A stretch of DNA of 60,897 nucleotides, counting the filler. It is 5 parts of 5 records of this genome, joined end to end, with 100 filler letters (N's around TTAATTAATTAA, not from the genome) between each part and the next. Parts side by side here need not be neighbours in the genome. Positions count along the whole stretch, not along the records: positions 1 to 10,650 come from DRR723986_4532; 4 more parts are not named here. One strand, 5' to 3'. The notes beneath the pieces are model-generated. The model did no database searches. It worked only from the letters and a program-made list of their open reading frames with translations, and was not told the origin of the DNA. Position numbers and translations under genes: made by a program. Positions 1 through 8,633 of this stretch are shown one piece after another; position 1 is the first letter of the stretch, and every line of letters starts with the position of its first letter.

Positions 1-1
1 C

Positions 2-70
2 TGGGATGGCACCAGCGAGATCCAGCGCCACATCATCAGCCGCGACATCTTCCGCCCGCTCGGAGCCTGA
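2..70 (+). CDS. Acyl-CoA dehydrogenase, C-terminal fragment (probably gamma-butyrobetainyl-CoA dehydrogenase)
   Basis: Frame 2 reads WDGTSEIQRHIISRDIFRPLGA*, the typical ACAD C-terminal GTSEIQR motif; directly upstream of carnitine genes. Confidence 0.8.
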   Translation, partial: WDGTSEIQRHIISRDIFRPLGA

Positions 71-73
71 TCC

Positions 74-2101
74 ATGCGCTCACTCGAACGCTTGCTCCGG
101 CCACGCACGGTCGCTGTTATCGGTGGCGGTTCCTGGTGCCGGAACGTGCTCAGGGAATGCCGCAAGGCCGGTTTTGAGGGTGATCTCTGGCCGATCCACC
201 CAAGCCGTGAAGAGATCGATGGCTGCAGGGCCTATGCCACTGTGGAAGATCTTCCCGCCGCCCCCGACGCGGTCTTTATCGGCGTCAACCGGCACGTGAC
301 GGTCGAGATTGTCCGCTCGCTTTCACGCCTCGGTGCCGGTGGTGCCATCTGCTTTGCCTCCGGTTTCAGCGAAGCAATTCGGGAGCTTGCCGACGGAGCG
401 GATCTTCAGGCCGCCCTGATCGAGGCGGCAGGCGAGATGCCGATCCTCGGTCCCAACTGCTATGGCTTTCTCAATGCGCTCGACGGCGCGGCCCTGTGGC
501 CGGATCAGCATGGCCTGACCCCGGTCGACCGCGGCGTTGCGATCATCGCGCAATCGTCCAACATCGCGCTGAACCTGACCATGCAGACACGCGGCCTGCC
601 GATTGCCTATCTGATGACCGCCGGCAACCAGGCCCAGACGGGCCTGTCCGCCATTGGCAGCGCCCTCCTGGACGATGACCGGGTCACCGCCATCGGTCTG
701 CACATCGAAGGGCTTGACGATCTTGCCGCCTTTGAGGCTTTCGCACGCAAAGCGCACGCACTCGGCAAGCCGGTTGTGGCCGTCAAGGTCGGCAGATCCG
801 AGGCCGCCCAAGCGGCAACGGTCTCCCATACGGCCGCCCTTGCCGGCAGCACGGCAGGTTCCGACGCGCTCTTCAACCGCCTTGGCATTGCCCGGGTCGG
901 CAGCTTGACAGCCCTTCTGGAAACCCTGAAGCTGGTCCACGTCGCAGGTCCTTTGCCGAGCACCAACATTGTGTCCATGTCCTGCTCGGGCGGTGAAGCC
1001 AGCCTGATTGCCGACACCGCCGTCGGCCGTCAGATCACGTTCCCGCCGCTCGTTCCCGCGCAAAGAACCGCGCTGTCAGAGGCCCTCGGGCCCAAGGTCG
1101 CTCTCGCCAATCCACTCGACTACCACACCTACATCTGGGGTGACGGCGAGGCCATGACCCGGTGCTACACTGCCATGATGCAGGCGGACATCGCCCTCGG
1201 TATCGTCATTCTCGATATTCCGAGAATGGATCGCTGTGACCCGGAAGACTGGTTGAAGGTGATCGAGCCGGTGGAAGCGGCGATGAAAGCTTCCGGCAAA
1301 CCGATGGTGATCCTGAGTTCGCTCCCCGAAACCATGCCGGAAACCTTTGCAGCCGATCTGATGAAGCGTGGTCTGGTGCCTCTCTGCGGGCTGGACGATG
1401 CACTGACGGCCATTGAGGCGGCTGCCTTTCTGGCAAGACCACTTTCGCCGGAACCGATCCGGGTTCCTCAACCTGTCGCTGATCCCCGCCTTCTTTCCGA
1501 GCACGAGGCAAAAGCCTTGCTGCAAAAGCATGGCCTCAAGGTTCCCGCGAGCGCTTTTGCAGAAGGTCCGGAAGCGGCAGCCCGGGCTGCCGAAGATATT
1601 GGATACCCGGTGGTGCTGAAGGGCACCGGCATTGCCCACAAGACCGAAGCCGGAGCAGTCGCCCTCAATCTGCAATCGGCATGCGAGGTCCACTCCGCCG
1701 CAAGCGGGATGCCGGCCTCGTCGTTTCTGGTGGAAGAGATGATCACCGCCAGCCTTGGCGAACTGCTGGTCGGCATTGTGCGGGATCCGGCTCACGGCTA
1801 CGTCCTGACGCTCGCAGCAGGCGGCATCCTGACCGAACTTCTGGAAGACAGCACCTCGCTGATCGTTCCAGCAGGCGAGGACGAGATCAAGAAGGCCCTT
1901 GAAAATCTGAAGATCGGCCGTGTCCTGACCGGATATCGCGGCAAGCCGCCTTGCGATCTGGGAGCGATTGTTGAAGCTGTGCAGGCAGTGCAGGCCTTTG
2001 TTCTGTCGGCACCGGTCGAAGAAGTAGAAATCAATCCGTTGCTCTGCGGTGCGGACTTTGCCGTCGCCGCCGATGCACTGGTAAGAATGGGAGGGAACTG
2101 A
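74..2101 (+). CDS. ADP-forming acyl-CoA synthetase (acetate-CoA ligase family), probably gamma-butyrobetaine/crotonobetaine-CoA ligase
   Basis: 675 aa; CoA-binding N-terminus, GPNCYG, SHTAALAG phospho-His motif, NPLD, C-terminal ATP-grasp (HKTEAGAV, EINPL); carnitine operon context. Confidence 0.85.
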   Translation: MRSLERLLRPRTVAVIGGGSWCRNVLRECRKAGFEGDLWPIHPSREEIDGCRAYATVEDLPAAPDAVFIGVNRHVTVEIVRSLSRLGAGGAICFASGFSEAIRELADGADLQAALIEAAGEMPILGPNCYGFLNALDGAALWPDQHGLTPVDRGVAIIAQSSNIALNLTMQTRGLPIAYLMTAGNQAQTGLSAIGSALLDDDRVTAIGLHIEGLDDLAAFEAFARKAHALGKPVVAVKVGRSEAAQAATVSHTAALAGSTAGSDALFNRLGIARVGSLTALLETLKLVHVAGPLPSTNIVSMSCSGGEASLIADTAVGRQITFPPLVPAQRTALSEALGPKVALANPLDYHTYIWGDGEAMTRCYTAMMQADIALGIVILDIPRMDRCDPEDWLKVIEPVEAAMKASGKPMVILSSLPETMPETFAADLMKRGLVPLCGLDDALTAIEAAAFLARPLSPEPIRVPQPVADPRLLSEHEAKALLQKHGLKVPASAFAEGPEAAARAAEDIGYPVVLKGTGIAHKTEAGAVALNLQSACEVHSAASGMPASSFLVEEMITASLGELLVGIVRDPAHGYVLTLAAGGILTELLEDSTSLIVPAGEDEIKKALENLKIGRVLTGYRGKPPCDLGAIVEAVQAVQAFVLSAPVEEVEINPLLCGADFAVAADALVRMGGN

Positions 2102-2883
2102 TGGAAAACCCCATCAAGACCGAAAGACGCGGCCACATACTGGCTGTCACGCTCGACCGGCCAAAGGCCAATGCCATTGACCTGATGACCAGCCGGATCA
2201 TGGGAGACGTCTTCACCGACTTCCGGGACGATCCAGACCTGCGCGTTGCCATCGTGACCGGTGCCGGAGAAAAATTCTTCTGCCCTGGCTGGGACCTGAA
2301 GGCGGCCGCCGGAGGCGATGCCGTCGACGGAGATTACGGCAAGGGTGGCTTCGGCGGCCTGCAGGAACTGCGCGGCCTGAACAAACCGGTCATAGCTGCC
2401 GTCAACGGCATCTGCTGTGGCGGCGGGCTCGAGCTTGCCCTGTCTGCCGATATTATCCTGGCGGCGGAGCACGCCTCCTTCGCCCTGCCGGAAATCCGCT
2501 CAGGCACCGTGGCCGATGCCGCCAGCATCAAGCTGCCGAAGCGCATTCCCTATCACATCGCCATGGAGATGCTGCTGACCGGCCGCTGGATCGAAGCAGA
2601 GGAAGCCGCTCGCTGGGGCCTGATCAACCACATCTATCCTGGAAAGGACCTGATGGCGGAAGCCTGGAAACTGGCCGAGCTGCTCGCTTCCGGTCCCCCG
2701 CTTGTCTATGCGGCGCTGAAGGAAATCGTGCGCGAGGCAGAAGACATGAAATTCCAGGACGCGCTCAACCGCATCACCGGAAGCCAGTTCGAAACGGTCG
2801 AAAAGCTCTATCGCTCTGAAGACCAGAAGGAAGGCGCCCGCGCCTTTGCCGAAAAACGAGACCCGGTCTGGAAGGGCCGCTAG
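2101..2883 (+). CDS. caiD: Carnitinyl-CoA dehydratase (crotonase family)
   Basis: DRPKANAID, FCPGWDLKAAA, GGGLELAL, LPKRIPYHIAMEMLLTGR; start overlaps upstream stop. Confidence 0.85.
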   Translation: MENPIKTERRGHILAVTLDRPKANAIDLMTSRIMGDVFTDFRDDPDLRVAIVTGAGEKFFCPGWDLKAAAGGDAVDGDYGKGGFGGLQELRGLNKPVIAAVNGICCGGGLELALSADIILAAEHASFALPEIRSGTVADAASIKLPKRIPYHIAMEMLLTGRWIEAEEAARWGLINHIYPGKDLMAEAWKLAELLASGPPLVYAALKEIVREAEDMKFQDALNRITGSQFETVEKLYRSEDQKEGARAFAEKRDPVWKGR

Positions 2884-2995
2884 ATCATCCTGCTTCGGCA
2901 TGAACGCCAACAAGATGACCTGACACGCTAAAAACAAACAGTTTCCGGCAGTTCAATCGGTTTCGGTTGAATTGTCGCTGATCCAGGAGAACCAA

Positions 2996-3913
2996 ATGCC
3001 ATTGACCATGAACCGCGAAGTCTTCATCACCTGCGCCGTCACCGGGTCGGGCGGTACCCAGGACAAGTCTCCACATGTGCCGCGCAGCCCGAAGCAGATC
3101 GCCGACAGCGCCATCGACGCCGCCAAGGCGGGGGCAGCCGTCGTGCATTGCCATGTGCGCGATCCGGAAACCGGCACCCCCTCCCGCCGGCTTGACCTCT
3201 ACCGGGAAGTCACGGATCTCATCCGCGCCGCCGATGTGGATGTGGTCCTGAACCTCACCGCAGGCATGGGCGGCGACATCGTGTTCGGGTCCACGGAAAG
3301 CCCGTTGCCGCTGGTTGAAAAGGGAACCGACATGGTCGGCGCAACCGAGCGCATGGCCCATATTCGCGAGTGCCTGCCTGAAATCTGCACACTGGACTGC
3401 GGCACCATGAATTTCGCCGAAGCCGACTATGTCATGACCAACACCCCCGGCATGCTGCGTGCCATGGGGGCCATGATGACCGAACTTGGCGTGAAGCCGG
3501 AAATCGAAGCCTTCGACACCGGCCACCTCTGGTTTGCAAAGCAGCTCGTCAAGGAAGGCACGCTTGCCTCTCCGGCATTGGTGCAGCTGTGCATGGGTGT
3601 GCCCTGGGGCGCGCCGAACGACCTCAACACCTTCATGGCCATGGTCAACGCCATTCCGGATGACTGGGCCTGGTCGGCCTTCAGTCTCGGCCGCGATCAG
3701 ATGCCCTATGTGGCAGCCTCCATCCTGGCCGGTGGCAACGTGCGTGTTGGCCTCGAGGACAATGTCTTCCTCGAAAAAGGCGTTCTTGCCACCAATGCAC
3801 AGCTGGTCGAGAAGGCCGTCGGCGTTGTTGAAGGCATGGGTGCCAAGATCATCGGCCCGCAGGCCGTTCGTGAAAAGCTTGGCCTGACCAAACGCGCGCC
3901 GGTGAGCGCCTGA
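2996..3913 (+). CDS. Beta-keto acid cleavage enzyme (BKACE/DUF849), 3-dehydrocarnitine cleavage enzyme
   Basis: ITCAVTG, HCHVRDP metal motif, RVGLEDN; ATG at 2996 preceded by AGGAGA. Confidence 0.85.
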   Translation: MPLTMNREVFITCAVTGSGGTQDKSPHVPRSPKQIADSAIDAAKAGAAVVHCHVRDPETGTPSRRLDLYREVTDLIRAADVDVVLNLTAGMGGDIVFGSTESPLPLVEKGTDMVGATERMAHIRECLPEICTLDCGTMNFAEADYVMTNTPGMLRAMGAMMTELGVKPEIEAFDTGHLWFAKQLVKEGTLASPALVQLCMGVPWGAPNDLNTFMAMVNAIPDDWAWSAFSLGRDQMPYVAASILAGGNVRVGLEDNVFLEKGVLATNAQLVEKAVGVVEGMGAKIIGPQAVREKLGLTKRAPVSA

Positions 3914-3914
3914 C

Positions 3915-4679
3915 ATGAGCCGCAGGGTCCTCGTCACGGCCGGGGCGTCCGGGATCGGCCGCGCCATTGCGGAACGCTTCCTGGCAGACGGAGACGAAGT
4001 CGCGATCTGTGATGCGGATCCTGTAGCCGTTTCCGCATTCTCGGAAGCAAATGGCAACACGATCGCTGCTGTTGCCGATGTCACCAGCGAAGCGGAAATG
4101 TCCGCGTTCCTGAACGACCTTGAACACCGCTGGAAAGGCATCGACGTGATCTGCGCCAATGCCGGCACTGGCGGTCCTGCAGGGGCGATCGAGACGCTGG
4201 ACTACGCGGAATGGCAACGCTGCGTCGCGACCAATCTCCACGGAGCCTTCCTGACCTGCCGCTGGGCGGCCAGAGTGCTGAAAGCTCAGGGGCACGGTCT
4301 GATCACACTCACTTCGTCAACCGCCGGACTTTACGGTTACCCGTTCCGCTCGCCCTACGCCTCCGCCAAATGGGCGATTGTCGGCCTCACCAAGACGCTC
4401 GCAATGGAGCTCGGCCCCCACGGCATTCGCGTCAATGCGGTTTGCCCGGGCGCGGTGGAAGGGGAGCGGATGGATCGGGTCGTCGCGATGGAAGCCAGGG
4501 CGCGCGGCGAGACCGAAGAGGCCATTCGAGAAAGCTACGTCAAGGGTGTTTCACTCAAGACCTGGGTCACTGCCCAGGATGTGGCAAACACCATTCACTT
4601 TCTGGCGTCCGAAGCAGGCGCCCGCATTTCAGGACAGATCCTGGCCATCGACGGCCACACGGAGACACTTGCACCATGA
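3915..4679 (+). CDS. Short-chain dehydrogenase/reductase (NAD-preferring)
   Basis: TAGASGIG, acidic residue after beta2 (CDAD), NAG, YASAK catalytic motif. Confidence 0.9.
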   Translation: MSRRVLVTAGASGIGRAIAERFLADGDEVAICDADPVAVSAFSEANGNTIAAVADVTSEAEMSAFLNDLEHRWKGIDVICANAGTGGPAGAIETLDYAEWQRCVATNLHGAFLTCRWAARVLKAQGHGLITLTSSTAGLYGYPFRSPYASAKWAIVGLTKTLAMELGPHGIRVNAVCPGAVEGERMDRVVAMEARARGETEEAIRESYVKGVSLKTWVTAQDVANTIHFLASEAGARISGQILAIDGHTETLAP

Positions 4680-6103
4680 CCCAAAAAGCATGCATCGTCG
4701 GCGGCGGCGTGATCGGTGGCGGCTGGGCCGCCCGTTTCCTTTTGAACGGTTGGGACGTTGCCGTCTTCGACCCCGACCCGGAAGCCGAACGCAAGATCGG
4801 CGAAGTCATCGACAATGCGCGCCGCAGCCTGCCCGCGCTCTATGACAAGCGACTGCCGGACGAAGGCAACCTGTCGTTCCATTCAGATCTTGCCGAGGCA
4901 GCCGCTGGTGCTGACTGGGTGCAGGAAAGCGTTCCCGAACGCCTCGACCTCAAACACAAGGTCCTGGGCAGCCTGACGGAGCTCGCGCCCAAGACCGCCG
5001 TCATCGGCTCGTCGACATCCGGCTTCAAGCCGTCCGAACTGACCAGCGAAGGCGCGCGCGCCGTCGTCGCCCACCCGTTCAACCCGGTCTATCTGCTGCC
5101 GCTGGTGGAACTTGTCGGTGATGCGGCCGAAACCGCTCGCGCGGCCGAGGTCCTGCGCAGCATCGGCATGTTCCCGCTTCATGTCCGCAAGGAGATCGAC
5201 GCCCACATTGCCGACCGGTTCCTGGAAGCTGTCTGGCGCGAGGCGCTCTGGCTGGTGAAGGACGGCATTGCCACGACCGAAGAAATTGACGAAGCAATCC
5301 GCATGGGCTTCGGTCTACGCTGGGCACAGATGGGCCTTTTTGAGACCTATCGTATCGCCGGCGGGGAAGCCGGCATGAAGCACTTCATGGCCCAGTTCGG
5401 TCCATGCCTCTCCTGGCCCTGGACCAAACTGATGGACGTGCCGGAGTTCACCGACGAGCTGGTCGACCTGATCGCCGGTCAGTCCGATGCCCAGTCCGGC
5501 CATCGCTCCATTCGCGAGCTGGAACGCCTGCGCGACGACAATCTCGTCGGCATGATGCGAGCGCTAAAGAAAAGCGGCAGCGGTGCAGGCGGCGTTCTCA
5601 ACACCCATGAACGGGCTTTGGCGGCACCGGCGGAGGCTGAACTGCCGATCACGGGAGACCGCCAGATCCCGCAGAGCTGGACCGACTACAACGGCCACAT
5701 GAACGAGGCCCACTACCTTGAAGCAGGTGCTGCCGCAACCGACCGGTTCATGGAGCTGATCGGCGCCGATGCCGACTACATCGCGTCCGGCAAGAGCTAC
5801 TTCACCGTTGAAAATCACCTGCGCTACCTGGACGAGCTTCTGGCGGGTGAACGCCTGACGGTCACGACCCAGGTGCTCCAGGGGGAAGGCAAGAAGATGC
5901 AGCTGTTCCACTTCCTGAAAAACGCTGACGGCAAACTTGCCGCGACCATGGAGACCCTTCTGCTCCATGTCGATCTCAACACCCGCGCCAGTTCCCTGCC
6001 GGGAGCGGAAGTCGGCGAGAAGCTCAAGGCCTTCGCCGATGCCCACAAGGCCCTGCCTTTTCCGGAAGGTGCCGGCCGCTTCGTCGGACAGAAAGCAGTC
6101 TGA
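4676..6103 (+). CDS. lcdH: L-carnitine 3-dehydrogenase fused to betainyl-CoA thioesterase
   Basis: GGGVIGGGWAARF, QESVPERLDLK, HPFNPVYLLPLVE; C-terminal hot-dog thioesterase WTDYNGHMNE; ATGA overlap with SDR gives real start at 4676. Confidence 0.9.
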   Translation: MTQKACIVGGGVIGGGWAARFLLNGWDVAVFDPDPEAERKIGEVIDNARRSLPALYDKRLPDEGNLSFHSDLAEAAAGADWVQESVPERLDLKHKVLGSLTELAPKTAVIGSSTSGFKPSELTSEGARAVVAHPFNPVYLLPLVELVGDAAETARAAEVLRSIGMFPLHVRKEIDAHIADRFLEAVWREALWLVKDGIATTEEIDEAIRMGFGLRWAQMGLFETYRIAGGEAGMKHFMAQFGPCLSWPWTKLMDVPEFTDELVDLIAGQSDAQSGHRSIRELERLRDDNLVGMMRALKKSGSGAGGVLNTHERALAAPAEAELPITGDRQIPQSWTDYNGHMNEAHYLEAGAAATDRFMELIGADADYIASGKSYFTVENHLRYLDELLAGERLTVTTQVLQGEGKKMQLFHFLKNADGKLAATMETLLLHVDLNTRASSLPGAEVGEKLKAFADAHKALPFPEGAGRFVGQKAV

Positions 6104-6110
6104 TCAGACA

Positions 6111-6152
6111 CCGTCCGCAGTCAAAGCAACCGCGGACGGGCCTGTTTTGTTG
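6111..6152 (+). terminator. Probable intrinsic terminator between convergent genes
   Basis: CCGTCCGC...GCGGACGG stem followed by a T-rich tract after the lcdH stop. Confidence 0.5.
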
Positions 6153-6172
6153 GGCGGTCCTATTGGGTGGTC

Positions 6173-7756
6173 CTATTGGGCCGGCTGAACCATGAACCCG
6201 GCCACGATACCTTCGGCGTCGGAATAGACACCCGGCCGCGCGAACAGATCGCATCTTCCCGATCCGGCAGACCAGTTGAACCCGAGGCAGGTGCGTTCCG
6301 TGCAGAGCGTCTCGCACTGGCCGGCCGATCCCGCCTGCAGGCTTTCATCCGGCTGTCCGGGAAAGCCCTTGTTCTGTTTGGTGAACGTCTGGACAGGCAC
6401 GCTCAGATTGGGTTTGAGAGACCCGGCGGCAGCCCGCTGCACATAGGTGTCGGCCTTGGAAAGAAGATAGAGCCTGCCATTGCTGTCACCGACGGACTTT
6501 TGAATGCAGATCCGGTTCCATCGGTCATGGGTCACGGCATCGCAGCCGCTTCTGGCGCCACAGGACGAGATACAGTCCTCCGCGCTCATGTTGCGGAGCA
6601 CGCCATCCGGCAGATCTCCGCCGTAAAGATCATAGCCGCTCAGGCGAACGAAACCGCCCTCGCCTGACGCAGCAGGCGCAGATGCGGGTGCACTTGCATT
6701 CTGTCCGGCTACGTTTCTTTCTGCCTGCTGGTCAAGCTTCAGGGAAGCCGGCAGCAGATACCAGTAAGGCGCGGAAAATTCCTCGGCCTCCCCGTCACCG
6801 AAATCGTCACCAACGGAATACTGCTCGAAACGGACGCTGAGCGGGCTGTAATCGGTATCCCAGAACCGTTTCCAGTCGTCGGATATCCGGACCGAACAGC
6901 CAAGCGCCGAAAATTTGCTCGGAGTATCATAATTGAAGACCTTGCCGACCAGGTCCTCTCCCTGCCTTGTCAGCACCACTTTCCGGTCTCCATCCGGATC
7001 GCCGATCAGGATTTCGTCGTAGTATTGTGAACTGGTCGTATATCCCGGCCGACCATCCATCAGATTGGCCGCATAGGCGTTGTCGCAGATATTTGCGATT
7101 TCCCGTTCCGTAATCGAGGCTGGCGGTGTCAGTCCGGTGACGGTGATATTGGCCAGCACCGCATCGCCGATGCTCTCTATGTGGAACATGTTTTCGGGGC
7201 GCGTGCCGAGGATCCGCTGATAGAGGAAATCCGTCATGGCCTCGACGTCGTGCTCTTCGCTCAGCTTGATATCGAAAAAGGATTCGGCAGCCTTCAGCGC
7301 AATCGCAAAGGCAGTCTGGACTTCGCTGGCAGGGTAACTGTGCTCGTTGGGCAGGTTGAGACTGGGCGAATGGAAACCGAGCTTGCCCCCTGGACGCAAA
7401 GAGCGCATCTGAAAGCGGATCACGGCTGTCCCGATCCGCATGCTGCCGCCAAGAAAAGCCAGCGAACAGGCGGATTCGCACCGTTCTCCCGAACGCACCA
7501 TGGTTGCGATATCCTGGTCCCAGATCGTGTCGAACAGCCGCTTTCCTTCGGCAAAGCTGCCGCCGGGGCTATCGAGGCACAGCGTGATGCCTTGCGAGTT
7601 GATCGGCAGAACCTTGAGCTTTTCCGCATCCCCCGAGACGATCTGACCCCGCAAATGATAGTCGCAACCTTCCGCGTTCGACGGAAACACGTCGGCCGCT
7701 TTCGCCACCGTTGCGGCAAGACAGAACAGGATAAACACCAGGCATCTCGAAATCAT
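6173..7756 (-). CDS. Secreted protein with ClpP/crotonase-like N-terminal domain and two C-terminal PAN/apple-like Cys domains
   Basis: Signal peptide; LDSPGGS, CESACSLAFLGG, LGFH motifs; C-terminal CxxxC...C...C repeats (GYDLYGGDL..CISSC; CETLC); AGGAG before ATG 7756. Confidence 0.65.
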   Translation of the reverse strand: MISRCLVFILFCLAATVAKAADVFPSNAEGCDYHLRGQIVSGDAEKLKVLPINSQGITLCLDSPGGSFAEGKRLFDTIWDQDIATMVRSGERCESACSLAFLGGSMRIGTAVIRFQMRSLRPGGKLGFHSPSLNLPNEHSYPASEVQTAFAIALKAAESFFDIKLSEEHDVEAMTDFLYQRILGTRPENMFHIESIGDAVLANITVTGLTPPASITEREIANICDNAYAANLMDGRPGYTTSSQYYDEILIGDPDGDRKVVLTRQGEDLVGKVFNYDTPSKFSALGCSVRISDDWKRFWDTDYSPLSVRFEQYSVGDDFGDGEAEEFSAPYWYLLPASLKLDQQAERNVAGQNASAPASAPAASGEGGFVRLSGYDLYGGDLPDGVLRNMSAEDCISSCGARSGCDAVTHDRWNRICIQKSVGDSNGRLYLLSKADTYVQRAAAGSLKPNLSVPVQTFTKQNKGFPGQPDESLQAGSAGQCETLCTERTCLGFNWSAGSGRCDLFARPGVYSDAEGIVAGFMVQPAQ

Positions 7757-8099
7757 GGGCACTCCTTCTCCAGGCAGTCCGTTTTAATAGTTTTGGCAGG
7801 GCTGATCGGGCACCCGAAAAAACCGGGGCCTCAGGTCGACCGGTACGGCCGGTCCGGGAATGAAATCGTCATCTCGAAATCGTTTTTCAAAACAGGCGAC
7901 GAAGCAGCAATAGACCAAATATCGAAGCGTGTCTTCAACCCGCCGGTTGCGGTGACCGGCCCGCTTTCAGGTACCTCGCCAGACGCGCGATTGGGGTATC
8001 GACCCCATACTGACACACCGCTCGTTCTGGCACCTTTCTCTCATCGAAAGATCGATACCCCCTCCGAAAGGAGATTATTCAAGAGAAAGGAATTGACCA

Positions 8100-8510
8100 A
8101 TGAAAGCCCTTGCCAAAACCGCAGCAGCCGCCACCGTTCTTGCCATTGCAGGTGTTGCCTCCCTCGGAGCCGTGACCCCGGCCGCCGCCCTGTTCGACAT
8201 CTGCAAGAAGGTCAACATCACGGTGAAGAACAACACCGGCCAGCCGATCCAGCTTTACGATCTCGATTACCGTGACCTCGGTTCCAACCGCTGGCGCTCG
8301 GAAAACATTTCCAACCGCGTCATCGCCCACGGTGGCAGCTACAAGGTCACCCGGAACCTGGAAGGCGTGAACAACGCCAGCACCTTTGTCCGGGTCCAGT
8401 TCCGCAAACTGAAGTCCAACGGCCGCTGGAACCTGCTGAAAACCTGGTACGCGGACTCCAGCACCTCGGTCTGCCGCAAGGGCGCAAGCTACCGCATCGT
8501 GTTCCGGTAA
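8100..8510 (+). CDS. Small secreted hypothetical protein
   Basis: AAGGA RBS, Ala-rich signal peptide, host-like codon usage, two Cys, followed by a hairpin. Confidence 0.75.
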   Translation: MKALAKTAAAATVLAIAGVASLGAVTPAAALFDICKKVNITVKNNTGQPIQLYDLDYRDLGSNRWRSENISNRVIAHGGSYKVTRNLEGVNNASTFVRVQFRKLKSNGRWNLLKTWYADSSTSVCRKGASYRIVFR

Positions 8511-8530
8511 CACCCGGCAAACACACCAAG

Positions 8531-8551
8531 GCCGCGCCGCAAGGGCGCGGC
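8531..8551 (+). terminator. Hairpin after small secreted protein gene
   Basis: GCCGCGCC-GCAAG-GGCGCGGC stem-loop. Confidence 0.4.
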
Positions 8552-8633
8552 TCTTGCCCGGCACATTACCCAACCTTTCCCCATCCCCCAGACACCCGGA
8601 CCTTTCCTCCGGGCGACGAAAAGGATTTGTCTC

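Noticed and set aside
2885-4168. 427-aa minus-strand ORF (and similar long antisense ORFs at 27098-28432, 29292-30518, 46919-47902)
   Set aside because: Antisense shadows of well-supported genes caused by codon bias.
4211-4675. 155-aa N-terminal extension of the lcdH ORF in the ORF track
   Set aside because: Overlaps the SDR gene in another frame; the Rossmann motif starts right after ATG 4676.
7181-8275. 364-aa plus-strand ORF
   Set aside because: Antisense to the PAN protein and overlapping the 8100 gene; no recognizable motifs; typical GC-rich shadow ORF.
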